Source: an uncultured archaeon
GTDB taxonomy: Archaea > Iainarchaeota > Iainarchaeia > Iainarchaeales > CSSED10-239
Length of the DNA: 9,431 nt
Assembly: GCA_964463155.1 (NCBI GenBank)
Contig: CAYXAY010000029.1
Location: 1-9,431, forward strand
Direction of reading: 5' to 3'
This document shows positions 7,006 through 9,431 of this stretch, one piece after another. The notes under the pieces were generated by a model, which saw only the letters and a list, made by a program, of their open reading frames with translations, had not been told where the DNA came from and searched no databases. A program made the translations under genes and the position numbers. Position 1 is the first letter of the stretch. The number at the start of each line of letters is the position of its first letter.

Positions 7006-9210
7006 TTATCTAATAGCATAACCCTTTTCTTTTTCTTCAGGACTTTCTTTTTTTATCTTTAATTTTTCTATAGCTTTTAAGAACGCATCCTTACTTACCA
7101 CAGGCCGCGTCTCTGTTTTCTTTTCCTTAACCCCGTTTTCCGATTCTTCAATAATTAGTCTGATTCTTGAAAGTCCAGCTTCTCTGCAGATTGCTTCAAT
7201 CTCTGCTCCTGAAAAACCATCTGTTTCTTTTGCAAGTTCTTTAGCATTGACTTTTTTATCTACACTCATTTTACCAATATAAACCTCAAATATCTTTTCT
7301 CTTGTAAATTCCTCAGGCAAAGGAACCAAAAGAAGTTTTTCAAATCTTCCTGGCCTTAAAAAAGCAGGATCTATAAGATCAGGACGATTAGTTGCTCCAA
7401 TAACAATAATGTCTTTAAGATTTGATATGCCATCTATTTCTGTAAGCAATTGAGCTATAACTGTGTTTTTTGCTTCACTTGTTTCAAATCCTGTTCTTCC
7501 AGAAGTGATTGAATCAATCTCGTCAATAAAAACAATGCTTGGTGCAAGTTGCCTTGCTTTCTTAAAAATATCTCTTATTCTCTTTTCAGATTCTCCCACC
7601 CATTTACTAAATATTTCTGGGCCTTTAATAGAAATAAAATTTGCATTTGTTTCTGTTGCAACAGCTTTAGCAAGCAATGTTTTTCCAGTTCCTGGAGGTC
7701 CATATAATAAAACCCCGCGCGGAGCAGTAATTCCTACATTTTCAAATAATTTTTTGTGTTTCATTGGCCATTCAATCATTTCTTTTAATTGTTGTTTAGT
7801 ATCTTCAAGTCCACCTATATCTTCCCATTTTACATTAGGTATTTGAACAAGCACTTCCCTAATAGCCGAAGGCTCAACAACATTTAATGCATCCAAAAAA
7901 TCCTGTCTTGTAATAACAAGAGCGTCCATTATTTCTTTTGAAAGTTCTAAACCCGTTTCTTTGTTAATCTTTGGCATCAATCTCTTTAAGGCCTTGATTG
8001 CTGCCTCTTTACAAAGAGCAGAGACGTCTGCTCCAGAAAAGCCATTTGTAAATTCCAAAAGTTCATCAATCTTAACATCTTCAGTTAATGGCATTCCTCT
8101 AGTGTGCACCAAAAATATTTCTTTTCTTGCGTCTTTTGTAGGAATATTAATCTCAATTTCTCTATCAAATCTTCCTGGCCTTCTAAGAGCGGGGTCAATA
8201 GATTCAGGAATATTTGTTGCGCCAATAACAACAACATCCCCTCTAGCTTTTAATCCATCCATTAATGTCAAAAGTTGAGCAACAATTCTTTTCTCTGTTT
8301 CTCCATGTATATTTTCTCTTCTTGGAGCAATAGCGTCAATCTCATCAATAAAAATAATTGCAGGCGCGTTCTTTTCTGCTTCTGAAAAAATATTTCTTAA
8401 GTTTTCCTCTGATTTGCCATATACTCCACTAACAATCTCTGGGCCGTTTATTATTGTAAAATTAGAATCTGTCTCTGAAGCAACAGCCTTAGCAAGCAAT
8501 GTTTTTCCAGTTCCTGGAGGTCCATAAAGTAAAATCCCTTTAGGTGGAGTTATTCCAAGTTTTTTAAAAACTTCTGGTCTTCTGATAGGGAGTTCAACCA
8601 TTTCTCTAATACTTTCTATTTCTTTTTTAAGTCCCCCAATATCATCATAAGTAATACCATATTTACTTGTCTCAATTGGTTTTTCAGAAATTGTTAATTT
8701 TGTGTTTGCAGTAATCTTAACAGGCCCCTTTGGCAAAGCTTTGGTTACTGTTAAGGAAAGATCTCTTGATTCTTCATTAATAAATATTTTAATTCCTCTT
8801 ACAACAACAACATTTCCCTCAAGTATGTTTTTGTTAATAATCCTATCATGAATATAACTTATAATATCGTTTCTTTTAAGATCAGGAATCTCAACAGGCG
8901 GAGCAAGAGTTATTGATTGAGCTATTTGGCAGTTTATCTTTTCAATAAACACATCTTCATCAATCCTAGAATTAGAGTTGAATCTAATATTACCATCAAT
9001 TCTTATGATATTAAGTCCAGTGTCCGCAACCTTTCCTCTAATTGCATAGGCAATCACAAACTTATCAATTTTAGTATTGCTAATTTTAATAGTGTCACCA
9101 GTAGTTAAACCCATTCTTTCAAATATAATAGGATCAATCTTTGCTATGTCTTTACCTACATCATAGATTTCTGCATCTCTAACAGTAAGTCTCGCTTTTT
9201 CTACAGCCAT
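7006..9210 (-). CDS. cdc48: Cdc48/VAT/p97-family double-ring AAA+ ATPase
   Basis: The 734-aa protein has a Cdc48-type N domain (ARLTVRDAE...GDTIKISN...IRIDGNIRFN). It has two AAA modules, each with Walker A GPPGTGKTLLAKAV, Walker B FIDEID, and an Arg-finger region (ATNIPESIDPALRRPGRFDREI and ATNRPDLIDPAFLRPGRFEKLL). The D2 pore loop is SKWVGESE. Confidence 0.95.
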   Translation of the reverse strand: MAVEKARLTVRDAEIYDVGKDIAKIDPIIFERMGLTTGDTIKISNTKIDKFVIAYAIRGKVADTGLNIIRIDGNIRFNSNSRIDEDVFIEKINCQIAQSITLAPPVEIPDLKRNDIISYIHDRIINKNILEGNVVVVRGIKIFINEESRDLSLTVTKALPKGPVKITANTKLTISEKPIETSKYGITYDDIGGLKKEIESIREMVELPIRRPEVFKKLGITPPKGILLYGPPGTGKTLLAKAVASETDSNFTIINGPEIVSGVYGKSEENLRNIFSEAEKNAPAIIFIDEIDAIAPRRENIHGETEKRIVAQLLTLMDGLKARGDVVVIGATNIPESIDPALRRPGRFDREIEINIPTKDARKEIFLVHTRGMPLTEDVKIDELLEFTNGFSGADVSALCKEAAIKALKRLMPKINKETGLELSKEIMDALVITRQDFLDALNVVEPSAIREVLVQIPNVKWEDIGGLEDTKQQLKEMIEWPMKHKKLFENVGITAPRGVLLYGPPGTGKTLLAKAVATETNANFISIKGPEIFSKWVGESEKRIRDIFKKARQLAPSIVFIDEIDSITSGRTGFETSEAKNTVIAQLLTEIDGISNLKDIIVIGATNRPDLIDPAFLRPGRFEKLLLVPLPEEFTREKIFEVYIGKMSVDKKVNAKELAKETDGFSGAEIEAICREAGLSRIRLIIEESENGVKEKKTETRPVVSKDAFLKAIEKLKIKKESPEEKEKGYAIR

Positions 9211-9241
9211 AATAAATCTAATAATATTGTATTAGAAATAA

Positions 9242-9249
9242 TTTATAAA
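9242..9249 (-). promoter_or_regulatory. TATA-box-like element (TTTATAAA, palindromic) about 35 nt upstream of the cdc48 ATG
   Basis: The position is consistent with an archaeal promoter and a short 5' UTR. Confidence 0.4.
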
Positions 9250-9319
9250 CAACAACTAAATAGAATTAGGAACTGAAATTATTAAAAGTTTTGTGTAAAA
9301 AGCATTATTAATTAAATCC

Positions 9320-9359
9320 TCGGCAGTATACTGCACATTTATGTGCTGATGAATGCCGA
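9320..9359. other. Nested inverted repeat: outer TCGGCA/TGCCGA, inner GCACAT-TT-ATGTGC
   Basis: The outer arms are at 9320-9325 and 9354-9359. The inner arms are at 9333-9338 and 9341-9346. The element is relatively GC-rich within an AT-rich intergenic region, 110-150 nt upstream of the cdc48 start. Confidence 0.3.
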
Positions 9360-9396
9360 ATAAATATTTTTAAACTATTTCTACTATTACTCCTAT

Positions 9397-9417
9397 AAAA
9401 AAAGCCGCTTCGCGGCT
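9397..9417 (-). terminator. GC-rich hairpin followed by T7 on the minus strand; probable terminator of a minus-strand gene beyond the right edge of the window
   Basis: The minus strand reads AGCCGC-GAA-GCGGCT followed by TTTTTT(T), which is the plus-strand A-run at 9397-9403. The element is flanked by the 8-bp inverted repeat CTCCTATA (9390-9397) and TATAGGAG (9424-9431). Confidence 0.45.
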
Positions 9418-9431
9418 ATAAAATATAGGAG

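Noticed and set aside
6873-7013. A GTG-initiated 46-codon ORF (VVLFTGFVISLILQKPYLYK...KKKQFI) in the convergent gap, overlapping the cdc48 stop by 8 nt.
   Set aside because: It has no ATG start. Its hydrophobic stretch is too short for a full transmembrane helix. It lies downstream of several T-tract terminators and has no SD or promoter evidence. It may be a gene remnant, but this cannot be supported.
9346-9353. CUGAUGAA resembles a C box (RUGAUGA) of a C/D box sRNA.
   Set aside because: No D box (CUGA) occurs at an appropriate distance downstream on that strand. There are no C'/D' motifs or terminal stem.

Overview
This is a very AT-rich window (about 30% GC by eye, not computed) that looks archaeal. 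The evidence is a Cdc48/VAT-type double AAA+ ATPase, a XerA-like tyrosine recombinase, a small PRC-barrel protein, TATA-like boxes about 30-35 nt upstream of start codons, and oligo-T tracts after genes. The centre is a tightly packed plus-strand ribonucleotide reductase (RNR) cluster at 1766-6720 with two unusual features. (1) The class III reductase NrdD stops at 3847, just after its Zn-ribbon. The glycyl-radical motif it needs (SRVVGY...WNYGKQAEF) sits in a 47-codon ORF at 3840-3983, in the +1 frame, overlapping by 8 nt (ATGAGTGA). The supplied ORF track does not list this ORF. This is either a truly split NrdD with a stand-alone glycyl-radical mini-protein, a frameshift site, or an indel in the A5 run at 3834-3838. 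(2) Downstream of the activase NrdG is an intact 682-codon ORF at 4672-6720. It has a good N-terminal ATP-cone fused to a clearly recognisable class II (NrdJ-like) RNR catalytic fold. In a gapless motif alignment, every residue needed for catalysis is substituted: the thiyl-radical Cys, the Asn/Glu pair and both redox Cys. I read it as a conserved pseudo-RNR, possibly a nucleotide-sensing partner of NrdD, and this is the most novel item here. I found no tRNA, rRNA, CRISPR array or transposase. All protein calls rest on motif recognition by eye, and no database search was run.
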